Shown: positions 1-11,924 of the stretch, one piece after another
Layout of the letters: each line of letters opens with the position of its first letter
Numbering within the stretch: position 1 is the stretch's first letter
NCBI GenBank assembly: GCA_013265495.1
Contig: MU058054.1
Span: 868,001-912,915 of the forward strand
Direction of reading: 5' to 3'
Origin: Vicugna vicugna
Lineage: Eukaryota
Length of the DNA: 44,915 nucleotides
Translations under genes and position numbers: made by a program
The notes under the pieces: generated by a model
Database searches by the model: none
What the model was told of the DNA's origin: nothing
Seen by the model: only the letters and a program-made list of their open reading frames with translations

Positions 1-559
1 ATTTCCTATGGTGCTTACTTTGAAGATTACCCCTAGGACCGCTAGGAATAACCACCACCATCATCGCAGCAGCCCCCTTGCACCGCGTGCTTCCCCAGCC
101 AAGCACTTGCTCGGGACACCACGGTCATGGCCACAGCGATGCCCACCCCAGCGCCCTGAGACGGGAAAGCCCCTCTGTCCCAAGATGGACCCGACAGTCA
201 AAGTGCAGGTCCCCAGCCAGAGGTCGTGTGATACTCTCCGGGGAAGATTTCTAAGCTGCCTGGCATGGCTGGGTACAGGTCTGCATCCTAGGGCAACATG
301 GCCAGTGGTCCTTTCTGCCCACACAGCGCCAGGCTCTGTGGATGTGGAGATGCATACGGCAGGGCTGTGCCTTGGAGGCCCTCAGGTCAACCATCATATC
401 CTGATTTATCTGGGAATTGCCCCCAGCACCTTGATGCACTTGGCACCCAAAAGTTGCTCCAAAAAGACCCGCTGAAGGAAATCTAACAGGAGATGCTAGA
501 CAGCAAACATCCACGGTCCTCTAGGCAGACGTTGCTCTGTTGTTAAACGCTCCTCCATC

Positions 560-892
560 AGGGCTTCTGCGCTTGCCTTTCCCTCTGCCCAGGCTGCTCG
601 TCACCTATCTCTTCTGGTGACCCCAACTCCCCCTTTGGACTACAGCTCAAAGGTCACTTCCTCGGGGAAGCCTTCCCTGACTACCACTCCTTCCCCAACC
701 AGACTCAGGTCCCCCTGTCTACAGCTCTCAGGCTCCCTCTCCGTCCTCCTCACTCATGGCCCCCATCGTCTGCAGTGTGGGTTCCCCAGACTGCAAGTGT
801 CTTGTCTCAGGGCAGGGGCTGTCTCTGTTCACGACGGAACCCAGGGCCTGGCAGAGTGAAGGTTATCAAGATGTGAATGAATGAACGAATGA
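560..892 (+). mobile_element. L2 (LINE-2) 3' fragment
   Basis: L2-like motifs 'cagctcaaaggtcacttcctcggggaagccttccctgac' and 'cagggcaggggctgtctctgttcac', ending in the L2 (gaat)n tail 'gtgaatgaatgaacgaatga'. Confidence 0.8.
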
Positions 893-899
893 GTTCACG

Positions 900-1020
900 T
901 CATTACATCTTATTTCAGCCTCAACATCACTCCAGGTCAGAGGTTACCAGACATCCTCATTCCCGCTCTACTGATGAGAAAATCACGCCTCAGAAGACAC
1001 ATGTCTCTCACCTGGGGTCA
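900..1020 (-). mobile_element. MIR fragment
   Basis: Degenerate reverse MIR core 'cattcccgctctactgatgagaaaatcacgcctcagaag'. Confidence 0.5.
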
Positions 1021-1734
1021 GGGGAACGGTCAAGACGGCTGAGAACACAGCTAGGCACTGGAGGTACAAAGAAACCCATGAGTGTGGGTGAGACTCCACT
1101 TCCGTGGGAGTGAAGACCTTCCTTGCGTCTCATCAGCAGGTAACAAAGCACTTCCCGGAGGCCCTCACAGCTCTAGAGTTCCAGGAATTCTCAGTTTGCT
1201 TAAGCAACTTGACATACATTTTGTTCAAAGGCTGGGGCGGAGCAAGGGGCTGGGAGTCAGAGACCGGCTTCTGCGCTCACCTCTGACCCTGACCACCTGG
1301 TGACCCCAGGCAATTCAGGGTCCCTGTGGGCACAGGTGGGTTAACCACACCCACCCTGCCTCCTTGTACCGCAGCCAGGCTCAAATAAGACGACACCACA
1401 GTCACGGCCACGGTGATGCCCACCCAACCCCCTGAGATGGGTGAGCCCTCTGTCCCAGGATGGATCCGACAGAGAATGGAAACGTTCTCTGTCAGCTACA
1501 GGTGGTAACTTGACATCTACATTCTTCTCTGATCACAAGGTCGCTCCGGGCACAGGGCTGGCAGAGCAGAAGGTGATCTCTGAGAGGCCAGGGGGCAAAT
1601 GTAACTTCAAAGGAAACTGCATTCACTTGTCCAAAGGTGCCCAGGGCAGAAGGAGTGCAGGCCTCTCACTCTTAAATCCTAAACTAAATGAAGACCGGGG
1701 GTGAGGGGCAGGGCAGGTAGATAAGGAAGGAGAA

Positions 1735-1880
1735 GATGGAGTCAAAGTCAGGATTCCCCAGGCTGGAGTCATCTCTTGGCAGGGCACCAGCTGTGTGGCT
1801 CACACCCGGAGGCCCCCATCTGTAACCTGTGAAATAATGATAAACCTCCCCTAGAGGCTGGTGTTCAAATCTATCAAAAA
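1735..1880 (+). mobile_element. MIR fragment
   Basis: 'agctgtgtggct...cccatctgtaacctgtgaaataatgataaacctcccctagaggctggtgt' follows the MIR core and 3' part. Confidence 0.5.
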
Positions 1881-3023
1881 ATAAAAGTAAAATTTTAAAA
1901 AAGGATGCTACTGAAAAATAGCAAAGCCCTTTACAGGGGCGGGATGGAGAGGGCCACCCAACACGACACACGCAGTCAGTTAAAGGCGGCTTGTTCCTCC
2001 CCCCAAGTGAGGGCGCCTGTCTGGGTGGGCCTCTCTGTAGAGGGGCCAGGCCTGTGCCAAACACAACCATAGGTGGCGGTGGCCCCAGTTCTACCAGAAG
2101 CTGACCGCTTTGGGCCAGGACCTCCCTCACACACGGTGGATTTTTCCGTTCAGGAGGGAAGCTGGAAGGCTTGTGAGAGACGGTGAGCAGAAAGGGCGCT
2201 CCAGCACGGAGGAGGTGGGGAGGTGGGTGGGCTCCAAGGCGGGGGGAAGCCACGCGCTGCCCTTCTAGGTCGCTGTCGTCCATCTCTCAGGGCAAAGCCG
2301 CCCAGTGCTCCCCGCTGCTCAGCCAGCTCTCCAGGACCTGAATGCAAGAAATAGCGCAGCCCAGAAGGGCGACCCCTTCACTGCTCTACCTCCAAATTAG
2401 TCTCAACGAAACCTAACCCAGTTGGAGAAATGCCAGCAAAGGATGAAATAAACATTCTGAACTTTAGAAAGAAGTCAATCAAGATTTTTTAAGCACCTCC
2501 ATGTCCTGTCCTCGGCATGATGTGTGAGGGAAATAAGACACAGTTCCTGTCTTCAAAGAGCTATCCATCTAAAGGGACAGGATTAACACAACTGAAACAG
2601 TTATGTGCTCAAGACTCTGGTTCCTGGAACCTACAGGAGAAAGGCTTTCATGCTGAAGTCCCTGAAAATACTAGGTTCCTCCCTCAAGGGGAAAAAAAAG
2701 TAAAAAAAAAAAATCTTATGGACACTTACGTTACTCTTGTCAGAGGTCACATTTCCATTTTACCTTTGGCTGCTAGGAAGCTCAGAGCCAAATTTGCCAG
2801 CCGCATCTAACAATCTCACATTACTTTGTCTGTAATATGCAGTACTGTATACTAACATTACCTTTGATCTCATCTTATTTTCCAATCCTTTTCTCTTTTT
2901 CCCTGAATTTCCTTGTCTGTCTCTTATTCTGTTTTTATTCACTGTATTTGAGAGTTACCTCATATTCTTTTTTTTTAGAACAAGGTATATTATTAAAAAA
3001 CACGTTTTTAAAAAGTTGATTAA

Positions 3024-4403
3024 TACTGTGAAACTATAGTAGTCAAGACTGGCATGAGGATGAACACACAGATCAATGGAACAGAACTGAGAGTCCAGAA
3101 ATAGACCTTACTTTTATGGTCACTGATTTTTGACAAGGGTGCCAAGACCATCCAGTGGCAAAAGAACAGTCTTTTCAAAGAGTGCTTGACCAACCCGATG
3201 AAGTTGGACCCCCACCTCCTACCATATACAAAAATTAAATCAAAATGGATCAAACACCGAAGTATAAGAGCTAAAATTACAAAGCCCTTAGAAGAAAACA
3301 AGGAAGTAAATCTTCGTGACCTTGGGTTAAACAATGGTTCCTTAGACATGACACCAAAAGCAAGAGCAACAAAGGTGAAAAATAAATAAATTCAGCTTCA
3401 TCAAAAATAAAACCTTTCGTGCTTCAAAGGACACCATCATGAAAGTGAGAAGGCAGTGCATGGAGTGGGAGAAAATATTTGCCAACATCTGTCCAAAAAC
3501 AGAACTTGTATCCACAATATGTAAAGAACTCTTACAAATTCAACAAGAGGAAGACAACCGAATGAAAAAATGGGCAAAGGATCTGAACAGACATTTCTCT
3601 AAAAGAGACATACAAACGGCCAGCAAGCACATGAAAAAGATGCTCAGTATCATTAGCTACTAGGCAAATGCAAATCACAACCACAACGAGATACCACTTC
3701 ACACCTGGTAGGAGGCCTAAAAGAGACAGACAATAAAAAGTGTTGGCAAAATTGGAACCCTCAAACACTGCCACATGGACCTGTAACATGGTACAGCCAC
3801 TTTGGAAGAGAATCTGGCAGTTCCTTGAAAAGTTAAACATAAAGTAACAAATGACCCAGTAATTCTACACCTCGAGATGTACCCAAGAGAAGCGAAAACA
3901 TGACCACACAAAAATTCGAACACCAATGTTCACAGCAGTATTATTCACAATAACCAAAAAGGAGAAATATACCAAATGTCTATCAACTGACGAATGGATA
4001 AAGTGTGGTATAGCCATACAATGGAATCTTATTTGAAAAAAGGAATGAAGCACTGATATATGTTACAACATGAACCTTGAAAACATGATATGAAGTAAAA
4101 GAAGCCACAAAGGACCACATATTGTATGACTCCATAAATATGAAGTGTCCAACAGAGGCAAACCCAGAGAGACAGAAAACAGATCATGTTTCCTGGACTA
4201 GAAGGTAGGGGGGAGAGGGGGAGAGGCTGCTGATGGGCATGAGGCTTCCTTCTGGGGTGATAAATAAATTCTAAAATTAGATATTGGTGCTGATTATGGA
4301 ATTCTGTTAATACACTAAAAACCAATGAATTGTACACCTTAAAAGAGTGAACTTTATGGTATATGAATTATACGCCAGTAAAACTTTGTAAAGCTTTTTT
4401 TTT
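3024..4403 (+). mobile_element. 5'-truncated L1 (L1MB-like): decayed ORF2 C-terminus plus 3' UTR
   Basis: ORF pieces 3186-3389 (KLDPHLLPYTKIKSKWIK) and 3439-3663 (EWEKIFAN...KKWAKDLNRHFSK) match L1 ORF2p. The 3' end 'gaattgtacaccttaaaagagtgaactttatggtatatgaattatac' is L1MB-type. Flanked by 'gttgattaa' at 3015-3023 and 4407-4415. Confidence 0.95.
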
Positions 4404-4419
4404 AAGGTTGATTAAATAA

Positions 4420-4594
4420 AGTCTGGAGTTGTATTAACAGTAACACACGGACACTGGTTTCTTAATTTCCGACACAGGCACCATGGTGACGTGAGATGTT
4501 AACACCAGGGAAATCCAGGTGAGGGGGAACACGGGATTTGCAATTTTTCTATAAATCCACAATTATTCCAAAATAAAAAGTTTATTTCAAAAAA
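4420..4594 (+). mobile_element. Older L1 3' end fragment (L1MC/MD/ME-like)
   Basis: 'gtgagatgttaacaccagggaaatccaggtgagggg...gcaatttttctataaatccacaattattccaaaataaaaagtttatttcaaaaaa' is typical of ancient L1M 3' ends. Confidence 0.7.
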
Positions 4595-4744
4595 TGGTGG
4601 GTCATATAGAGCTAACTATTACGGAATTATCGAATGGGCTACATGACTGCAGTGTGCCTCCCCCCAGACTGCAGGTGGTAACTCTCTCGATGTGCCGTCG
4701 TGCGTGCCTTGATTGGAGACCCCTATACCTCTGCATGTTTATGA

Positions 4745-4850
4745 GTCCTATCCCCCAACTCGAATTGAAGTTCAAGGGCAGAGACAGTATTTTATTTATT
4801 CCTATTCCCCAGGGTCTCACAGACAGACACCCATGCAGTGAGTGAGTGCA
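4745..4850 (+). mobile_element. L2 3' fragment
   Basis: 'ccccaactcgaattgaagttcaagggcagagacagtattttatttattcctattccccagggtctcac'. Confidence 0.55.
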
Positions 4851-5024
4851 CCAGTTCATCAACGGAGGACCTCGGACAGCTCAGAAAGCACAGGGTACCA
4901 CCATCCTTAAGGACAATCTGCTGATCTCAGTAGAGAACCCGTAGAAAAAGCAGAAATCCTTCTTGGTCCTCTCTTTGTTGCACAGACACCACTAATGGGC
5001 CGGGATGTTGTTTTCTGAGTGAGT

Positions 5025-5245
5025 TTCGCGCTCCGACCCGCCCGGGGGGCGTGGTTCCGTGTTGCCCGGAGTCACGGGTGGGTGGGAACCAGGCCGTGGA
5101 GCGGGAAACCGGCTTCACACGCTCAGCCAGACTGATGGCAGCGCTGCTTCCTGCCGGGCCGCGGCCGCTGGCCTCCCAGACCGGCCGTGTGCAGGGGGCA
5201 CGCGGCTGTCCCCAGGGCAGGCAGCACGCGGGGTCATGTGAAGTT
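5025..5245. promoter_or_regulatory. Short CpG-rich patch (candidate enhancer or alternative promoter)
   Basis: Locally dense CpGs in non-repeat sequence, with GGGCGTGG (KLF/SP type) at 5047-5054, GCGGCCGC at 5161-5168 and TCATGTGA (MiT/TFE E-box type) at 5234-5241. Confidence 0.45.
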
Positions 5246-5524
5246 CAGCGCTGGGGCTTTCTCAGTCCATCAGGTTTCACTCACCCTCTGTCTGCAAAGC
5301 GTGTTTCCCTCCCCATCCCTGCAAGTGCATATTAATTATTCGAGGATTCTTGGCTTGCTTTCCTAACCCCACATTAACATTTCTCTCCGCTCCTGAGAAA
5401 CCAGGCATTCAACCCACTGGAACCCAGTCAGAGGCACAAGGAGAATTCCAGCTCTCTGCACGAAACCCTGGAGACACGCTCTGTGTCTCATCGCCAAGGA
5501 GGAGGATGTGAGAATTGCACGCGG

Positions 5525-5640
5525 CAGGAGAGCACAGGCTCTTGGAAGCCCCGTGGTCCGCTCCACTGCCCACCCATTTTACAGATGAGGGTCATGAGTC
5601 CCAGAGGGTGACAGCAACACGCACAAGGTCACCCAGGTTC
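5525..5640 (-). mobile_element. MIR fragment
   Basis: 'cccattttacagatgagggtcatgagtcccagagggtgacagcaacacgcacaaggtcacccag' is the reverse MIR core. Confidence 0.75.
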
Positions 5641-5834
5641 AATCAAAGTACGACTCAACTTCTCAAAACTGCTACCACAAAGCATTTTTCAGTCCAGGCA
5701 AGCATTCTGCACAAAAAGCATTCCCGTACACAGAGAATTTACAATGGAAATCGTGTCTTACGAACGAAGAAGCCGTGGGAATTTTCTACTCACCAAGCGC
5801 TAAAAAAAATCCAAAACACATATTTTTTTCATCC

Positions 5835-5950
5835 CATGCATTCACTCGAGAAGTATTCATTAAGTGACCACTCTCTGTCTGGCTCAGTGCTAGGCTCAGG
5901 GAACATGAGGGTGAATCTGAACTGGTCCCTCTGCCTTTAAGGAGAATCGA
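5835..5950 (-). mobile_element. L2 3' end fragment
   Basis: 'cattcactcgagaagtattcattaagtgaccactctctgtctggctcagtgctaggctcaggga...tggtccctctgcctttaaggag'. Confidence 0.7.
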
Positions 5951-6274
5951 GCTGTGAGAAAAAGGCCAACCTATGGAAAATAAACCTATTTCAAACAAGC
6001 CCAGATTTATGGAATATTCATAATAAGTAATATCTTCTTTGATCTTCCTAATTTTATCTTAACCTCCAGATCAGTGAAGTTTCTAGATTTCCACTATTCC
6101 TCCTTCTTCCCAGATGAAAAGGAAGCACACGTGTCTATTTCAATATATTAAGTCATAAACCACAAGGCACAGGGAAGGGCCAAAAGCTCAGTTTGGAATC
6201 AGTGCAGTCCAGAGAACAGAGCTCACGCAAGGCAAGGCTGCCCTGTGGTCCAAATTAGTGATATGTAAGGAGTC

Positions 6275-6560
6275 ACTCAGATGCCAGCCTCCTGCCAGCC
6301 ACATACCAGCCCCACGGAGCCCCTGCCCTCAAAGGGCTCACTGTCTGGGACTGAAAAGAAAGACCCCAAAACAGACGAGTGCTAAGACTTGGCTGTGCTC
6401 GGCAAGGGCACAGGGCAAGGACACTTGGTAGTGGTTGAGAGCAAGGGGTGTCCGAAGGCCACTTCCTGGAGGAGATCAAGATAGAATTCCACAGAGGAAG
6501 CTAGCTGACATAGGTTTGGGACATTCCACAGGCATGAGGCAGAGCAGGGAGGCAAGAAAT
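6275..6560 (-). mobile_element. L2 fragment
   Basis: 'cccctgccctcaaagggctcactgtctggg' and 'ggccacttcctggaggagat' are reverse L2 motifs. Confidence 0.6.
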
Positions 6561-7807
6561 AACCTGGGAAGAATGGGGAAGGCATGCAGAACTCAAGCCA
6601 GGGTGAGGACTCTCAACCTTTACGGGCAAAGAGTGACCGGTTTGAATTCCAGCGATTTTCGCCGCTCTCTTCCTAGGATGGCAGCTGTATTTGAAACTAT
6701 TCACTCCACAGACGATTCTAGCATCCAAGTGAATCCCTCCCTGTCTGTCTGCAGCAAATAGGGAACTTCAGAGTGTCTTTGGCTGCCAGGGTGGGAAGTT
6801 CCTTACCAGAGCCACCCAGGGCCAGACTGAGTGTCAGGAGATGGGAGGCACCACACAGACTGGGGGGGACAAGCCAAAGTAGCCTGGAGGTGCTGCTAGC
6901 TAGGATGGCTGGAAGCATGGAGGTATCAGGGCAAGGTCTGTCCTTTAGAAAGATGACCCCAGGCAAGTGGGGAGGGCAGATCCAAGGGAGCGGGAGGGGA
7001 GGTTACACCTGTGCCCTGGAGGTTGGTCATCCAGGTGAGGGGGGGCGGCTCCATCCCAGAGGTCAGTGTCACGGAAGGCTCACGGCCCAGATAACCCTCC
7101 CTTCCAAACACCAGACGAAGCCCAAATCACCTATTAGTTTTAAACACTTGCCACTCTCTGCGCCCAACACTAACACAAATCAGAAAGGAGGGTTTTCTTA
7201 AAACAAAACCGAATGGCCCCGCCTTTCTTCCTGCTTTCTCCAGCCACGTCCACATGACGGGAAAAGATGCCGATGGGGCGGGGCTGCAGTGGAGGGAAGG
7301 AGCCCTCCAGGCAATAACCACACCCAGACCGACAGGGATTGGGCCCCGCAGACCAGCGTGCCCTTGGCAGGACTCAGGGGGGCCGGAGGGGCCGGGGAAG
7401 CCGCTCTCCCATCAGGGATTATTTCCAGCCCTTCGCTGTTTCGTTGGTTTCAACCTGCGGATGACCACAAACTGCATCAGACGAGGAGGAGGATGTGGTC
7501 CCAAGACTTTCACCTCCTCTGGTACCTTGGAAAGCAAAGAGTTGATAAACCTCATTGTGGGCAGAAGGACAAGCAGTTTAAGTAATGGGATCGGTGTGGT
7601 CGGTGGAGAGAGCAGGATGCAGGGGGTCTGAAAGGCCACCCCCCTCCCCACTCAGACAAGGCTACCTCTCTCCTGGTCTCCCAGCACCATCGTGGTCGCT
7701 GTGCCTGAAGTTCCCACCATTTGTCACTCCTCTGGCATCCCAGGCCTGACTGACTACACCCAAAGGCTTTGGTTAAAGCATGAGTCATTAAAATCTACTT
7801 CTTTTAA

Positions 7808-8040
7808 ATTCACATAGTAAACACTTATTGAGGGCCTGCCCATGCCGGGTACTGTGCTGGGCACTGGGGTGGAAGAGAGGGAGATGACTAAGGCTTGGGG
7901 ACCTGTAGCTGCAGAAGCAGATGGAAGCCAAATTGTGCAGATGGGGCCTCGTAAACCTGGCTAAAGCGACCAGGCTCCACTTGGACTCCCTGGGAAGTTA
8001 CTGAAGAGTTTTTAAACCAGCGGGGAATGATATGTTTTGA
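7808..8040 (-). mobile_element. L2 fragment
   Basis: 'ttcacatagtaaacacttattgagggcctgcccatgccgggtactgtgctgggcactgggg' is the reverse L2 3' end. Confidence 0.7.
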
Positions 8041-8317
8041 TACCATCATTTTGCATCCCCTGGGGTAATAAACACTATGTCATTAGCACCATTAACACCT
8101 TAGTGTGAATTAGGTAATCAGATGAAGTGTCACCTTGCAAAAGACTTGAGATGTGGGACTGATAAGTTTTGATGCCAGAGGAGTGAAGCCAGGAAGAGCC
8201 CAGGGCTCAGTGGCCACTCAGTGGGGATCGGAGAGCAGGGGACACATCCCAAGGGAATCGGGGCACCAGGGCCATGGCAGCACAAGTGGGCATGTCCTCT
8301 GCCTACGATTCGTGGCT

Positions 8318-9120
8318 ACAAGTATTTACTGGGCTCTACAGTCCTGGGCCCTGGGGATAGTGAATAAAAGAGACGATCCCTGCCCTCAAGGGGAAGACAG
8401 ATAGTAAACAAATCGCCACACAGATTTAAAATTTGGGGAAGATCTCCAAATGAAAAGAACAGCATGTCATATGAGCATGTAGCAGGAGGTATAATGACAT
8501 GGAGAGGGAAGGGGGGGGCTCTGTTAGGAGACAATAGTTAAGCCGAGACCTGATTCATTTCAGCCAGCTGAAAACTGGGGGGAAGGCAGAAGGAACAGCA
8601 TGTGCAAAGGCCCTGAAGGAAGTGTGAGAAGGAGCCAAGCTGATTGTGGGGGGCAGGCAGGCAGGCTAGGGTCAGACCCCACAGCCTTATTAGGAATTTG
8701 GACCTTTACCCTCAAGGCAACAGGGTGCCCCTGAGTGGTTTTCAGTGGTATGCCAGAGGACAGAATGTAGATTTTTTTAGAGATCACTCTGGCTGCCGAG
8801 TGGGCCTGGTGCTGAGGTAGGTGCAGGCAAAGAGGCCAGTTAAGAGGGAGGCTGGGCCAGAGAGCCCCTGATGTGGATGAGGAAATCAGAGTCGAGATGG
8901 GGGAGCAGCTGGATGCTGGAATGCCGGAAGCCAGACTGGCAGGGCCTAGTGATGGACTGGAGTGTGAGGGCGAGGGGGAAAGGGCAGCGAGGATGACCTC
9001 CTCCTAAGGTCTGGCTCGAGCAACTCAGAGGATGGTGGTCCTTTCACTGTGAAAGGAGGAAGCTGAGCAGATGGCAGCGAGGTCTGGGGGAAGACAACAG
9101 ATTAAGGCTTAGATCTGGGG
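8318..9120 (-). mobile_element. L2 element (extended fragment)
   Basis: Collinear reverse-L2 motifs: 'caagtatttactgggctctac', 'tccctgccctcaagg', 'ggcagaaggaacagcatgtgcaaaggccctga', 'aggaatttggacctttaccc', 'agatcactctggctgc', 'ggatgacctcc...tctggctcgagcaact'. Confidence 0.85.
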
Positions 9121-9734
9121 CAGGCTCAAGCCAGGCCCTGAGAGGTGGCCCTGGAGAGACAGCAAGGGACAGTCACAGGCCCCCTGCAGCTTCAGGCAGA
9201 AAGGGGTCACCGATGGTTGGAAATCCCAGGGATCCCAGCCAGGGCACCAGGGTCAGAGAACTTCTCAGCACCTGAGCCCAGAGACACATCGCTGTTTTTC
9301 CCTCCTGTGTCCTGTCAGGGAAGAAGGCTTTCCCTTTTCTGGAAGTGTCAAAAACGCAGCACAGGGAACTCCTTCGGCTGCCAGGGTGACTAATATTTAT
9401 TGCTGGTATATACAGTAGCCATTCTTCAAGGCCATGAAATTCTGCCACCAGGCTTTCAGAGGCCCGGCCCAAGCTCAGCCCGGCTGAACAATCCACTCGC
9501 TTCCCGGAGGGGCCCTGCTTACACTACAGCCAGCAGCTTCTCAGCATCCCGGACCCACCGCCTACAAGCCAGGGTCCAGAATCTCCAGTATGGCCACGAA
9601 CGTGCAGCCTGACCTCACCACCCTGCCCCTCCAGTCTCAGTTCCCTCTGCAGGACAGAGGCAGCGTCTCCCTCCCTGGAGATGGCAGGGGAAGGACACGG
9701 ATGGCAGGGATTTCAGAGAGCACCGTGGCCAACC

Positions 9735-9835
9735 TTTTTGTTTTCAGAGGTGCCAACTGAGGATCAGAGACATCAAGCAGCTTCCCCAAGGTCACACAGC
9801 AGAGATGAGACAAAAACTCCAGGCCAGGGCTCGCT
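9735..9835 (-). mobile_element. MIR fragment
   Basis: 'aactgaggatcagagacatcaagcagcttccccaaggtcacacagc'. Confidence 0.7.
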
Positions 9836-10721
9836 CTTCGGGGTCTTGGCCATAGGATCAAAGAGCAGGGCTTGGGTAGGTGAGAGGGAGCTGAGGACAA
9901 CTTGATACTAAGACCCCTGGGAGAAAACAGGAAGCAGATCAGGGAAAGGGACCCCTGGGACATCCACGAGATAAAATTCTCAAAAAAGCCTGCAGGTGGG
10001 ATGCTCCCCCCCAGTCTGTCCTCCCCCAGCAACTCTCAAACAAGAAGCAGACAGCAGTGCTAAAGGGAGGGAAAACTGGTCCTCAGACTGACACGACATT
10101 CCGGGGGACAGAGCGGCTTCTCCGAGAAGGCTATCAGCCAGACTCCAGCTCCTAAGAGCAATGGTTCCACTCATGCAGTGCGGCTGATGTATTTATCTAC
10201 GCCCAAAGGTCTCTATGACGGGAAGCCCACAGAGGAAGTATTTTCGCGTGTCACAATGACCATCAAGGAAACAAGATAACACGATAGCATGGAATACAGA
10301 GCTCCGGGGTAAGCCCTGCCCTCGCGCCAAGCCCCTAAGCCAAGGTTATCAGCGTACAACACCTGCCAAAACAGAGGGGACGGATGGGAAATCAGCTGGG
10401 AAAGGGGCAACTGCTCACCATTAGCATGGATTTGTATCACCAAGCGCGTGCGGACACAAAAAAGTCCCTCCTGGGGACTGTGCAAAACAGGGCCTTTGCT
10501 CCTTTCGAGTCGGAGACGGTCCTGAATTCAGGACTACTGAAGGGTAACCACAAAATGCAGGAGGGTGGGGACACAGGACGGCGTCAAGGGGCAATCCCTT
10601 CTTCCAGCAGCAGCATCTTCTGTAATCAGACACGTCGGCGAGCACCTCTTAACCCACCAATCTGCTACTGAGCATGGCTTTCTGTATTCACTGGCACTGC
10701 TGCTGTGATGGGAAGTCAGAA

Positions 10722-10800
10722 TCACTCATTCATTCATTCAATCATTCATGCACGCATCGAGTATGCTGAAATACCACGTCGTGTGCTCAGGGAATACACA
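10722..10800 (-). mobile_element. L2 3' terminus
   Basis: (cattc)n-like tail 'cactcattcattcattcaatcattcatg' followed by 'gtgctcagggaataca'. Confidence 0.6.
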
Positions 10801-11666
10801 AGCCAAAAGCTATCCAGTCCCCACTCTGGAAAAGCGCTCGGCTGTCAAAAGTTGGGGGCAGGGTGAAAATCCTGAAATCTGATCTGGTCTCCCCGCCTTT
10901 GGATGCCACCCCCACAAAGCCAGCAGGGGCAGGCACTTCTGAGAGGAGGCGCCTGTGATACACAACTTCTCAGCAACCGGCCCCCCTCCTCCCTCCGGGT
11001 TTCCTGCGTCTCCTTCTGCACCATCACCCCCAAACATCCTTAGATGTCAACACCTCTCGAAACGGTGCAATAATTCTGCCCCCTTAGACAGTGCAAACAG
11101 CCTCGCCTGTCAGTCGAGGAGAGTGTGTGTGGAGAGCTAGCGAGGGGCTGGGCACAGAGGGGTCCACAGTGATCCCTCAAGGTGATATCAAAGCCGCCAA
11201 GGCCAACCCAAAAGCAATAATGGTTGGAGGGAACCCTCCGGATCGTCGCAGCTGAGTTCCCGCCACACACACGAGCGGGGAGTCCACGCCCGCCCCAGCT
11301 CCATGGCCACCAGCGCCAGGGCCGCGGGGCTGAGGAAACAGGCGCCCAGGGAGGGTGAGTGGAACTCATGGGTCCTAGACCCCGGGTCAGTGGCACATCT
11401 CCTCTACCCCCGAGGCCCGCTGCTGGAGTCAGCATTAATGTCAGGTCACATTTGGGAGGATGAACGACACAGACAAGGTACCTACCATGGACAAGGGTGC
11501 AACTAACACATTAAAAAATACAGACTGACTATGTACTCTGTGCCAGACCCGGGAGGGGATTCAGTAGACCATTTAGAGAAGGGGGAGGTGGTCGCAGCGG
11601 ACTGGGATAGTCAAGGAGAACACGACAGAGGAGGTGGGGCTCACTCTGAGTTTTTAAGATAGAAAG

Positions 11667-11720
11667 GTACAAGGCCCTGGGTTCAATCCCCAGTACCTCC
11701 ATTAAAAAAAAAAAAAAAAA
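11667..11720 (+). mobile_element. 5'-truncated tRNA-Ala-derived SINE (Vic-1-like) with poly(A) running into the gap
   Basis: 'aggccctgggttcaatccccagtacctccatt' plus an A-run; contains the B box GGTTCAATCC and matches the other three SINE copies. Confidence 0.85.
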
Positions 11721-11924
11721 NNNNNNNNNNNNNNNNNNNNNNNNNNNNNNNNNNNNNNNNNNNNNNNNNNNNNNNNNNNNNNNNNNNNNNNNNNNNNNNN
11801 NNNNNNNNNNNNNNNNNNNNNNNNNNNNNNNNNNNNNNNNNNNNNNNNNNNNNNNNNNNNNNNNNNNNNNNNNNNNNNNNNNNNNNNNNNNNNNNNNNNN
11901 NNNNNNNNNNNNNNNNNNNNNNNN
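11721..11924. other. Assembly gap (204 N) flanked by poly(A) on both sides
   Basis: Run of N seen directly. Confidence 1.

Noticed and set aside
1684..2283. 199-aa minus-strand ORF starting MDDSDLEGQ
   Set aside because: No recognisable domain, and the 3' part runs through a MIR. Only the upstream acceptor is kept as a low-level finding.
3186..3663. ORFs similar to a reverse-transcriptase protein C-terminus
   Set aside because: Frameshifted, stop-containing remnants of L1 ORF2p, not a host gene
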